Shown: positions 7,510 through 13,828 of the stretch, piece by piece | Layout: every line of letters begins with the position of its first letter | How positions within the stretch are numbered: position 1 is the first letter of the stretch | Virus record (IMG/VR): IMGVR_UViG_2660238008_000004 | Direction: 5' to 3' (one strand) | DNA length: 13,828 bases | Origin: a virus | Taxonomy: Duplodnaviria > Heunggongvirae > Uroviricota > Caudoviricetes > Autographiviridae | Made by a program: the position numbers and the translations under genes | The notes under the pieces: model-generated | Database searches by the model: none | The model's input: only the letters and a program-made list of their open reading frames with translations | Told to the model about the DNA's origin: nothing

Positions 7510-8505
7510 ATGGCTGATACTTCGTACAGTCCCGATCTGTTTCGCCCACATTATGGCGGGGTGGAATCCGACAATGATATTCACATCGAGGCTTATGACC
7601 GGGATGTCCAGACCCGTTTAGAGTCCAAATCCGTATTTCTGGCCGAGGGGCTGTCTACATACAGGCCGCTGAAAGGCAGCAACCAATACCGCATTGATCG
7701 CCTGAGTGGTGATCTTGAGGTGAAGGGCAGAACCGCAGGGCAATCGCTGGAGCCTACCGCCGTTAAGTCGGACAAGTTGGTTATCTCTGTGGATACGCTG
7801 AGTTATATCCGCGTCCCGATTGACTATCAGGACGATTGGACAGCACCCACATTTCGCGCAGAGCTGAGCCGCAATATCGGCACTGCGCACGCTAAGTTCT
7901 ACGACGAAGCGCACACCATCCAGTTAATCAAAGCGACTGACTTTGTACCGCCGCCGACACTGCAACCAACGTTTAACCCGCTTACGAATAACGTTGTCTC
8001 GCTCGACCTGACAGCGGGGAGCGAAGAGGACGCCGCAAACGAATTGGTTCACGCCGTCAAAGCGGCTGCTAATCGCTTCCTCACTGAGAAAGATATTCCG
8101 GTGGCCGAGCTGGTGCTTCTCATTGACCCTGCATGGTTCAGCATCCTGATGGAACATAAGAAGCTGATGAACGTCCGTTACAGCCGGGATAGTGGCAACG
8201 ATTACGCATGGCGTCGCGTTGGCTATGTCGCTGGGGTGCGAGTCATTGAGCTGAACAGTTACCCGCAGGAAGTCATTACCGGGCATGAACTGGGCGCTGA
8301 TTATGACGTTACCGCAGAGGAAGCGATGACGAGGGCGACGCTGTTTAAACCTTCCTCTGTGCTGCTGACGGTCGAAGCGCAGAGCGTCATCAATCGCCAG
8401 TGGGATGATGAACGCGAAATGACAATGGTGATGGACTCATATCGCCTGTTCAACGTTGGGCTGCGTCGTCCTGACTGCGTTATCAATTTCCGACAAGCTG
8501 CATAA
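7510..8505 (+). CDS. Hypothetical protein, 332 aa; possible HK97-fold major capsid protein (weak resemblance to T7 gp10-type capsid proteins)
   Basis: Strong AGGAG ribosome-binding site 8 nt upstream of ATG 7510 (preferred over the track start 7465, which has none). By-eye similarity to recalled T7 gp10 segments (KLVISVDTLSYIRVPIDYQDD versus KVITIDGLLTADVLIYDIEDA; LIDPAWFSIL versus CDPDSYSAIL; C-terminal GLRRPDCVINF versus GGLRPEAAGAVVF). The product call is tentative. Confidence 0.4.
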   Translation: MADTSYSPDLFRPHYGGVESDNDIHIEAYDRDVQTRLESKSVFLAEGLSTYRPLKGSNQYRIDRLSGDLEVKGRTAGQSLEPTAVKSDKLVISVDTLSYIRVPIDYQDDWTAPTFRAELSRNIGTAHAKFYDEAHTIQLIKATDFVPPPTLQPTFNPLTNNVVSLDLTAGSEEDAANELVHAVKAAANRFLTEKDIPVAELVLLIDPAWFSILMEHKKLMNVRYSRDSGNDYAWRRVGYVAGVRVIELNSYPQEVITGHELGADYDVTAEEAMTRATLFKPSSVLLTVEAQSVINRQWDDEREMTMVMDSYRLFNVGLRRPDCVINFRQAA

Positions 8506-8521
8506 CTGGAGGGGCTGAGTC

Positions 8522-9031
8522 ATGGTTAATGATGCTTACGCCCCTGAGCTGCTGTGTTCCCTTTTCCTGTATGACCCGGTGACAGGCCGCCTGCACCATA
8601 AAGCTAACCGACGCCGGGTTAAGGCTGGCTCCTATGCTGACTCCACCCGGCGAGCTGATGGCTATCGTCAAGTTGCCCTGCGACTTGATGGCAAGCAGTA
8701 CCAGCTAAAAGCCCATCGCGTGGCGTGGATTCTTGCGCATGGCGCTATTCCTCATGGTAAGCAGATCGATCACATCAACGGTATCCGTGACGACAATCGC
8801 CTATGCAATCTGCGCTTGGTTACGCAGCGGGAAAACGACCAGAACCGACGCAAGGCAAGGGGGTATAGCTGGAATAAGGGCTGTAGAAAATGGGAGGCTT
8901 ACATACGCGTTGATGGTGTACTCCGTCACCTTGGCTTATTTACTACCGAAGTGGCGGCGCGTGCTGCCTATCTAAAAGCTAAAGCCAGATGCCATCCCTC
9001 AACGCCAGCCGATTTATTGCAGGCTGCCTAA
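8522..9031 (+). CDS. HNH endonuclease (HNH_3-type) with C-terminal AP2-like DNA-binding domain, 169 aa
   Basis: Motif HRVAWILAHGAIPHGKQIDHINGIRDDNRLCNLRLVTQRENDQN (H-N-H with conserved asparagines) followed by KWEAYIRVDGVLRHLGLFTTEVAARAAY (AP2-like); GGAGG ribosome-binding site upstream of ATG 8522. Confidence 0.85.
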   Translation: MVNDAYAPELLCSLFLYDPVTGRLHHKANRRRVKAGSYADSTRRADGYRQVALRLDGKQYQLKAHRVAWILAHGAIPHGKQIDHINGIRDDNRLCNLRLVTQRENDQNRRKARGYSWNKGCRKWEAYIRVDGVLRHLGLFTTEVAARAAYLKAKARCHPSTPADLLQAA

Positions 9032-9049
9032 TCCTCGGAGGTTCCATTA

Positions 9050-9475
9050 ATGGCTGATGAAAAGCCGATTAGAGCGCTGGCAGATGATGACCCACGCCGC
9101 CAGCGGTACGCTGAACTGTTGGCGCAGGCTGGCCGCATGTCTATTCCCCGGCTGCATCCGGGCGATGCTAATAGTGTTATGAGTCAGCTTGCGACGATGC
9201 TTGGCGCACCTGTCCCGATAGTCGGTGCTATGACTGAGCACGCCGCTGCATGGCGTGTCTGTCTGCTGGATCAAGGGCTTGGCGATCTTCTGGATGGCTT
9301 GAGTAAGCAGGTGCTGACCGTCTTCTTTCTGCTTTGCTGGAGAGATAGCGCCTTGCGATTGGCAGGTAAGCAAAAGGAACGGCTTACAGCGGCCAGCGAG
9401 GGTTTGACCATTGAGCAATACCGGGCAATGCACCCGGCTTACAGAGAGGATAAAGAAGATGATAACCACAATTAA
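9050..9475 (+). CDS. Hypothetical protein, 141 aa (small-terminase-like role is only a positional guess)
   Basis: GGAGG ribosome-binding site 8 nt upstream of ATG 9050; no recognisable motif. Confidence 0.5.
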   Translation: MADEKPIRALADDDPRRQRYAELLAQAGRMSIPRLHPGDANSVMSQLATMLGAPVPIVGAMTEHAAAWRVCLLDQGLGDLLDGLSKQVLTVFFLLCWRDSALRLAGKQKERLTAASEGLTIEQYRAMHPAYREDKEDDNHN

Positions 9476-9758
9476 ATTAAGGTGGCGGTACATCGAGCCG
9501 CCGCCAATGACTGGCACACTTGCTTACCTGAAACAGTGGGTAATAGATACCGGAGAGCCTGAGCTTGAAGCTGAGTTTCGTAAGCTGCTGGGGCTAATGC
9601 GCCGCAATGGTATCAGTGACGAACGCGTTAATGCGTTGGCCGATGAGCTTTATGCTTTGGTACGCCAGCGCCAGTGCGAAGAATATGAAGCCTGCAAGCG
9701 GGCTTCATCTGACAATGGAGACTTTGAATCATGGTTACACGGACAGACCAGCTATTAA
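9459..9758 (+). CDS. Hypothetical protein, about 99 aa
   Basis: Start chosen at ATG 9459 (GAGAGGA upstream; overlaps the preceding gene by 17 nt) rather than the track start 9411; start position is uncertain. Confidence 0.4.
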   Translation: MITTIKLRWRYIEPPPMTGTLAYLKQWVIDTGEPELEAEFRKLLGLMRRNGISDERVNALADELYALVRQRQCEEYEACKRASSDNGDFESWLHGQTSY

Positions 9759-10159
9759 GAAAAGCTATGCGGGGCTATCTGGAACACCTTGGCAATATGC
9801 CACTGGCGGAACGGATTACAAACGCTGCTGCATTCGAAGATGTTTATCGCTTCCTGTTGAATGGTTCCGGGCGGCTGGAGTTGCGCCGCGCTGATGTGGC
9901 CGCTGTCCGTGTCTTCCTGTGGAATTATCAATACCGACGCTGTGCGGTGACAGGTAAGCCGCTGCGCCTTGCGTCTGCCGTGCTGGATCACTGCCACCGA
10001 ACCGGGCGCGTGCGTGCTGTGGTGCATCGCTCTGCTAATGCTGCTGAGGGTGGCTATTATGTAGGGCGGGTGTGTGGACTCTCACCCGGTAGCATGAATT
10101 TCATGCTACCAGCCTACCGCCGCCACTACAAGGGGCTGGGTATTATTTATCCAGCATAA
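9731..10159 (+). CDS. Endonuclease VII-like protein, 142 aa
   Basis: Segment CAVTGKPL...LDHCHRTGRVRAVVHRSANAAEG parallels the T4 endonuclease VII core (C-x2-C ... DHDH ... VRGLLCNLCNAAEG) recalled from memory, with several zinc-ligand cysteines replaced by His/Ser. Start 9731 overlaps the upstream gene by 28 nt. Confidence 0.55.
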   Translation: MVTRTDQLLRKAMRGYLEHLGNMPLAERITNAAAFEDVYRFLLNGSGRLELRRADVAAVRVFLWNYQYRRCAVTGKPLRLASAVLDHCHRTGRVRAVVHRSANAAEGGYYVGRVCGLSPGSMNFMLPAYRRHYKGLGIIYPA

Positions 10160-10246
10160 CATTGGTCATGGCTCTATTTATTTTATTTTCATGAGGTTAC
10201 ATGTTGCTGTGGCTGCCTATTTACTTGCTCGTATTTAAAACAATTC

Positions 10247-10275
10247 TTGACGGATTGATGTAGATTGCGTAATCT
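10247..10275 (+). promoter_or_regulatory. Sigma70-type promoter: -35 TTGACG (10247-10252), 17-bp spacer, -10 TAATCT (10270-10275), with AT-rich upstream tract
   Basis: Near-consensus hexamers with ideal spacing, about 60 bp upstream of the small ORF at 10337; seen directly. Confidence 0.5.
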
Positions 10276-10336
10276 CCACTTAAAATAACTGCCTACAATG
10301 TGTGCAGGCCAATCACCGAAAAACAGGAGGTACAAT

Positions 10337-10492
10337 ATGACAAAGGCGAAAATCAGCCCCGTATCGACTGGTATGAGTAGGGATGCTCTGAATGCTCTTA
10401 TCAAGACAACGCGTACTGTAGCGCGTAAAAGTTCCAGAGAAACTGATGAGCGTTTAGCTGAATACAGTAAAGTACATGCCGCTTGCAATTGA
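10337..10492 (+). CDS. Small basic protein, 51 aa; candidate antitoxin/partner of the downstream toxin-like gene
   Basis: Strong AGGAGG ribosome-binding site 6 nt upstream of ATG 10337; overlaps the downstream ORF by 17 nt; does not resemble YafN/Phd-type antitoxins as I recall them. Confidence 0.5.
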   Translation: MTKAKISPVSTGMSRDALNALIKTTRTVARKSSRETDERLAEYSKVHAACN

Positions 10493-10949
10493 GTTTGATT
10501 GCTGTGAAAAACTCGCCAATGATGGCGAGTTTCTTCCTTTTTATCAGGAGTTCTGTCGCTATAAGCAACTAAGTGCAGAGCATTCCCGCCCCCGATATTC
10601 CATCCAAAAACTTTTTGCATCTATTTCGCTGCTCTTTGGCAGAGATAGGGACAATGTTGATGAAGATAAGCCGTATCATCAGAAAAGAGAAGGTTTAACA
10701 CATCTACATGTGAGGCAGGAAGACAGTGTCTGGGAGGATGACAATGGGCATCCACTGGTACAATGGAAATGTAAAAGTAACAGCTATTTGATATATTCGT
10801 ATTTTGTATTCTCAGGTACAAGGCACTACTATATTGTTGATTTTATTGATCATGATGCCCATGCAAATTGGGACAATCAAGAAGCAATACAAATGTGGAT
10901 AGATGAAGCTAAACAATATCGAGAACGTATAACAGAAGCGGCTGCATAG
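10476..10949 (+). CDS. YafO-like toxin candidate (type II toxin family), 157 aa
   Basis: By-eye similarity to E. coli YafO recalled from memory: EFCRYKQ versus DFISYKR, LFGRDRDNVDED versus IFGRDALYDDSF, HLHV versus HIHL, and C-terminal HDAHANWDNQEAIQMWIDEA versus EPHKLARDNNQMHKIGKMAE. Poor own ribosome-binding site, consistent with coupling to the upstream small ORF. Confidence 0.45.
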   Translation: MPLAIEFDCCEKLANDGEFLPFYQEFCRYKQLSAEHSRPRYSIQKLFASISLLFGRDRDNVDEDKPYHQKREGLTHLHVRQEDSVWEDDNGHPLVQWKCKSNSYLIYSYFVFSGTRHYYIVDFIDHDAHANWDNQEAIQMWIDEAKQYRERITEAAA

Positions 10950-10977
10950 GAAGCCGATATTATTCGGCTTCTTCTCT
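10950..10977 (+). terminator. Hairpin GAAGCCG-(8 nt loop)-CGGCTTC followed by TTCTCT, immediately after the toxin-like gene stop
   Basis: 7-bp stem seen directly; the U-tract is weak (TTCTCT). It lies between convergent genes, 8 bp from the minus-strand integrase stop. Confidence 0.35.
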
Positions 10978-10984
10978 AAGCATT

Positions 10985-12193
10985 TCATTTAATTAATTCA
11001 TAATCTATTAATTCAATATACCGGCGCATCTCTAAAGGGGATGCTGCGTTTTTTGAATATGTCTTAAAACTCTCAGTGCTACCTCGTTCGTGGCCTACAA
11101 GCAGAGCGATCCTATCTTCTGGCACTTGAGCACGGTCGAGTTGTTGCACAAACGCATGGCGGAGTGAGTGAAACACTTTTCTCTCTGCGGCAAGTTCGCC
11201 AAGAGCTTTACGCTTTGCCCGTGTGAACTGCTGCGTATGCCACGTTGAGCGCTTCCCATCCGCCCGGTCTGTAATTGACGCGTGATTGAACAGAAAACCG
11301 CTATGTGTGGTTTTGAGCAATGATTTCACGAGGGGGATTAGCTTGCTGTGTACTGGGACGATTCGTGCCGCGCTCTTGGTCTTCCCCTCGGTGATCTCAA
11401 AGCACAAAACGCCCTCGATGGTTTTAATACTGCTCTCACGCAGCGTACATATTTCATTGATCCGCATACCGCTGTAAGCACCAATAGCCGTTACCGCCTT
11501 CATCTCGTCATCAAGCAAGGTATAGACCTTTGCCAGCTCTCCCGGTGCGAAGACTTCATAGCTGACCTTGCTGCTTTTTGCTTCGAGTGCATGACCACGC
11601 CAAGGGTTATCCTGTGGCGCATCGTGATAGCGATTGCGTGCCAAATCCCATATCTGCGCCAGTGCACTGATATAGTTCTGGATGGTTTGGGGCGCTCGCT
11701 CAGTTTTGAGTTTATCTAACCAGCCTGTAACTATGGTTCGGTTAATATCTCGCAACTGAACATCTTTCTTTTTCAGGTGGGTTAACAGCACCTCTACGGC
11801 TTTATTGGTCTTGGATAGCGTGGTTAGCTTTCGCTTCTCGCTGTATTGAAGCAGGTACAAATCACGCATTTTTAGCAAGGAAGGGCAAGCCTGAATCGAT
11901 GCACCAAACGATGCGGGGGCTTCCTTGGCGTACACACTGACACGGCGTAGCTCATCAATGATTTGGTCTACAGATGAGCCGCCTTGTGGCTTTAGCAGAT
12001 TCCGTAAGCGAGTCCATTCCAGAGCAATAGCATCGCGAAACAATCGCGCTTGCCGTATGTCTCGTGTCCCTGTGCTTTTCATAAAGTAGCGTTTCCCTTG
12101 GAACAGGTGACGCATATAGCTGGGGATAGCTATCCGCACGAGGTAATTCCCGCAGGGATCTAAAACTAGATAACGATCTCTCTTGAAACTCAT
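10985..12193 (-). CDS. Tyrosine recombinase / phage-type integrase, 402 aa
   Basis: Catalytic residues in conserved context: GMRINEI (Arg), HSLRHAF (His-x-x-Arg), LVGHERGSTESFKTYSK (His and Tyr nucleophile); N-terminal arm-binding-like region (GKRYFMKSTGTRD). Its 5' end lies 134 bp from the tRNA fragment. Confidence 0.9.
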   Translation of the reverse strand: MSFKRDRYLVLDPCGNYLVRIAIPSYMRHLFQGKRYFMKSTGTRDIRQARLFRDAIALEWTRLRNLLKPQGGSSVDQIIDELRRVSVYAKEAPASFGASIQACPSLLKMRDLYLLQYSEKRKLTTLSKTNKAVEVLLTHLKKKDVQLRDINRTIVTGWLDKLKTERAPQTIQNYISALAQIWDLARNRYHDAPQDNPWRGHALEAKSSKVSYEVFAPGELAKVYTLLDDEMKAVTAIGAYSGMRINEICTLRESSIKTIEGVLCFEITEGKTKSAARIVPVHSKLIPLVKSLLKTTHSGFLFNHASITDRADGKRSTWHTQQFTRAKRKALGELAAERKVFHSLRHAFVQQLDRAQVPEDRIALLVGHERGSTESFKTYSKNAASPLEMRRYIELIDYELIK

Positions 12194-12326
12194 ACAAACC
12201 CCGGTTATGTTGTCGGGGCTTTTTCATGGCTAAACAGTCTGTGAAATGTGCCGGGGTTATGAGCTTTATTCTAGCTAGTTCAACGAGTTAACGATGATTA
12301 TTGAAGCAAGCTAAGCCGCCTAAACC

Positions 12327-12357
12327 CGTGCCGGTTCGAGTCCGGCCTTCGGCACCA
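12327..12357 (+). other. 3'-terminal fragment of a tRNA-Leu gene (T-arm, 3' acceptor strand, CCA), not a complete tRNA; candidate att core / direct repeat
   Basis: CGTGCCGGTTCGAGTCCGGCCTTCGGCACCA: T-stem GCCGG/CCGGC around loop TTCGAGT, then CTTCGGC-A-CCA. Matches the 3' end of E. coli tRNA-Leu(CAA) leuX as recalled. No D-arm or anticodon arm upstream; upstream sequence diverges at 12326. Confidence 0.75.
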
Positions 12358-12370
12358 AAAGTATGTAAAT

Positions 12371-12395
12371 AGACCTCAACTGAGGTCTTTTTTTA
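12371..12395 (+). terminator. Rho-independent terminator (AGACCTC-aact-GAGGTCT followed by TTTTTTT)
   Basis: Perfect 7-bp stem, 4-nt loop and 7-T run immediately downstream of the tRNA 3' fragment; consistent with the native tRNA terminator. Confidence 0.75.
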
Positions 12396-12479
12396 TGCCT
12401 GAAATCCGCGCCACACAAGGCTTTTCCAGCTTTTCTCCTCAACTGAAGTCAACCTGACTCAACCCACATCAACAGGCTT

Positions 12480-12531
12480 GTGAGTATACTAATGAGTATA
12501 TTTGCCGATTCGATATTGCTTGTATACTCAC
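12480..12531. promoter_or_regulatory. Repeats in the integrase upstream region: GTGAGTATAC (12480-12489), TGAGTATA (12493-12500) and inverted GTATACTCAC (12522-12531)
   Basis: 10-bp inverted repeat with an extra direct copy, 27-78 bp upstream of the integrase start; candidate integrase arm-type sites or operator. Seen directly; function inferred. Confidence 0.4.
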
Positions 12532-12557
12532 GAGATACCAATGGAAGGAAGACCATT

Positions 12558-13826
12558 ATGGCCCTAACGGATACTAAAGTTCGCTCTGCGAAACCTGAGG
12601 AGAAAGAGTATTCACTTGTTGACGGCGACGGCATGTCCTTACTTGTAAAACCTGGCGGTTCAAAGTATTGGCGATTTCGTTTCCGTTTTGGCGGTAAACA
12701 ACATTTGATGGCGTTCGGCGTTTACCCGGATGTTTCACTGGCGGATGCGCGGAAGAAAAGGGAAGAGGCCAGAAAGCTGGTAGCTGCTGGTATCGATCCT
12801 CGTGAGCATAAGCGTGCTGTGAAAGAAGAGCAGGCGAAAGAGATTATTACTTTCGAGAAGGTTGCCAGAGAGTGGCTCGTAACCAACCAAAAATGGTCGG
12901 AAGATCATGCTAATCGTGTAAAAAAGAGCCTGAAGGACAATATCTTCCCGGCAATTGGTGCTCGCAATATTGCTGAACTGGGCACCCGCGATCTGTTAAT
13001 TCCTATTAAAGCCGTGGAGAAATCCGGACGTCTTGAAGTGGCTTCCCGCCTTCAACAGCGCACCACGGCCATCATGCGTTATGCAGTGCAAAGCGGGTTA
13101 ATTGATTACAATCCGGCGCAAGAGATGGCGGGGGCGGTTGCTTCCAGTAATCGACAGCATCGTCCGGCGCTGGAGTTAAAGCGTATCCCGGAATTACTCC
13201 AGAAAATCGATGAATACACCGGCAGGCCACTAACCCGCTGGGCAACCGAACTTACTCTGCTTATTTTTATTCGATCCAGTGAGCTGCGTTTTGCTCGCTG
13301 GTCAGAAATCGATTTTGAAACGTCAATGTGGACCATCCCGCCTGAGCGAGAACCTATTCCCGGTGTGAAACATTCTCAGCGAGGTTCAAAGATGCGCACA
13401 CCTCATCTGGTGCCGCTTTCAAAGCAGGCGCTAGCGATCCTGAAGCAGATAAAACAGTTCTGTGGCGAACATGAACTGATTTTTATTGGCGATCACGATC
13501 CACGTAAGCCCATGAGCGAGAACACGGTAAACAGTGCGCTACGGGTGATGGGTTATGACACTAAGGTTGAAGTTTGCGGCCACGGCTTCCGCACAATGGC
13601 CTGTAGTTCGTTAATTGAGTCAGGACTATGGTCGAAGGATGCGGTGGAAAGGCAGATGAGCCATATGGAACGCAATTCGGTGAGGGCGGCGTATATCCAT
13701 AAAGCGGAACATCTGGATGAGCGTAAACTGATGTTGCAGTGGTGGGCTGATTTTCTGGATGCGAACAGAGAGAAGAGTATCAGTCCGTTTGAATATGCAA
13801 AGGTTAACAATCCGCTGAGAAGGTGA
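12558..13826 (+). CDS. P4-family tyrosine integrase, 422 aa; stop codon at 13824-13826, two bases before the window end
   Basis: N-terminus MALTDTKVRSAKPEEKEYSLVDGDGMSLLVKPGGSKYWRFRFRFGGKQ is the characteristic P4-type integrase arm-binding domain; C-terminal catalytic region (HGFRTMACS, RQMSHMERNSVRAAY). Start chosen at ATG 12558 with AAGGAAG ribosome-binding site rather than track start 12480. Orientation matches the tRNA fragment, as in tRNA-then-int islands. Confidence 0.9.
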   Translation: MALTDTKVRSAKPEEKEYSLVDGDGMSLLVKPGGSKYWRFRFRFGGKQHLMAFGVYPDVSLADARKKREEARKLVAAGIDPREHKRAVKEEQAKEIITFEKVAREWLVTNQKWSEDHANRVKKSLKDNIFPAIGARNIAELGTRDLLIPIKAVEKSGRLEVASRLQQRTTAIMRYAVQSGLIDYNPAQEMAGAVASSNRQHRPALELKRIPELLQKIDEYTGRPLTRWATELTLLIFIRSSELRFARWSEIDFETSMWTIPPEREPIPGVKHSQRGSKMRTPHLVPLSKQALAILKQIKQFCGEHELIFIGDHDPRKPMSENTVNSALRVMGYDTKVEVCGHGFRTMACSSLIESGLWSKDAVERQMSHMERNSVRAAYIHKAEHLDERKLMLQWWADFLDANREKSISPFEYAKVNNPLRR

Positions 13827-13828
13827 CA

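Noticed and set aside
10189-10620. 143-aa minus-strand ORF across the toxin-antitoxin-like module
   Set aside because: It runs antisense through the predicted promoter and both plus-strand ORFs, which have a strong ribosome-binding site and promoter; judged spurious.
12250-12357. A complete tRNA-Leu gene
   Set aside because: Only the T-arm, 3' acceptor strand and CCA are present; the sequence 50-85 nt upstream has no matching 5' acceptor strand (GCCGAAG), D-arm or anticodon arm.
12480-12557. Upstream start (12480/12492) for the P4-type integrase
   Set aside because: That extension would translate the TGAGTATA repeat region; ATG 12558 has a ribosome-binding site and gives the canonical MALTDTKVRSAKP-type integrase N-terminus.

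Overview
This window reads as an Enterobacteriaceae (E. coli-like) accessory region: the right-hand ~12 kb of an integrated, phage-derived element that abuts a 31-nt tRNA-Leu 3' fragment (att core) and a second, P4-type integrase. All calls were made by eye from the sequence and from recalled family motifs; no searches were run. Left to right: (1) the terminal 127 bp of an IS1 copy cut by the window edge; (2) a small serine recombinase flanked by short direct repeats; (3) a 1.26 kb block with no credible ORF, holding an array of YACTGYC iteron-like repeats and AT-rich segments; (4) a long plus-strand gene cluster (2331-10159) that opens with a RecQ-like helicase carrying an unrecognised ~270-aa N-terminal extension, continues through translationally coupled small ORFs, a Q/N-rich protein and an isolated HTH protein, and ends with a capsid-like protein, an HNH-AP2 endonuclease and an Endo VII-like protein; (5) an AT-rich two-gene toxin-antitoxin-like insert with its own sigma70-type promoter and a YafO-like toxin; (6) a minus-strand phage-type tyrosine integrase; (7) the tRNA-Leu 3' fragment, an intrinsic terminator and a plus-strand P4-family integrase. 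No rRNA, intact tRNA or CRISPR array is present. The best candidate for something undescribed is the capsid-like/HNH/Endo VII-like module with no portal, large terminase or tail genes (satellite-like), together with the RecQ-like helicase and its upstream iteron-bearing non-coding block. Product assignments for the small ORFs are weak.
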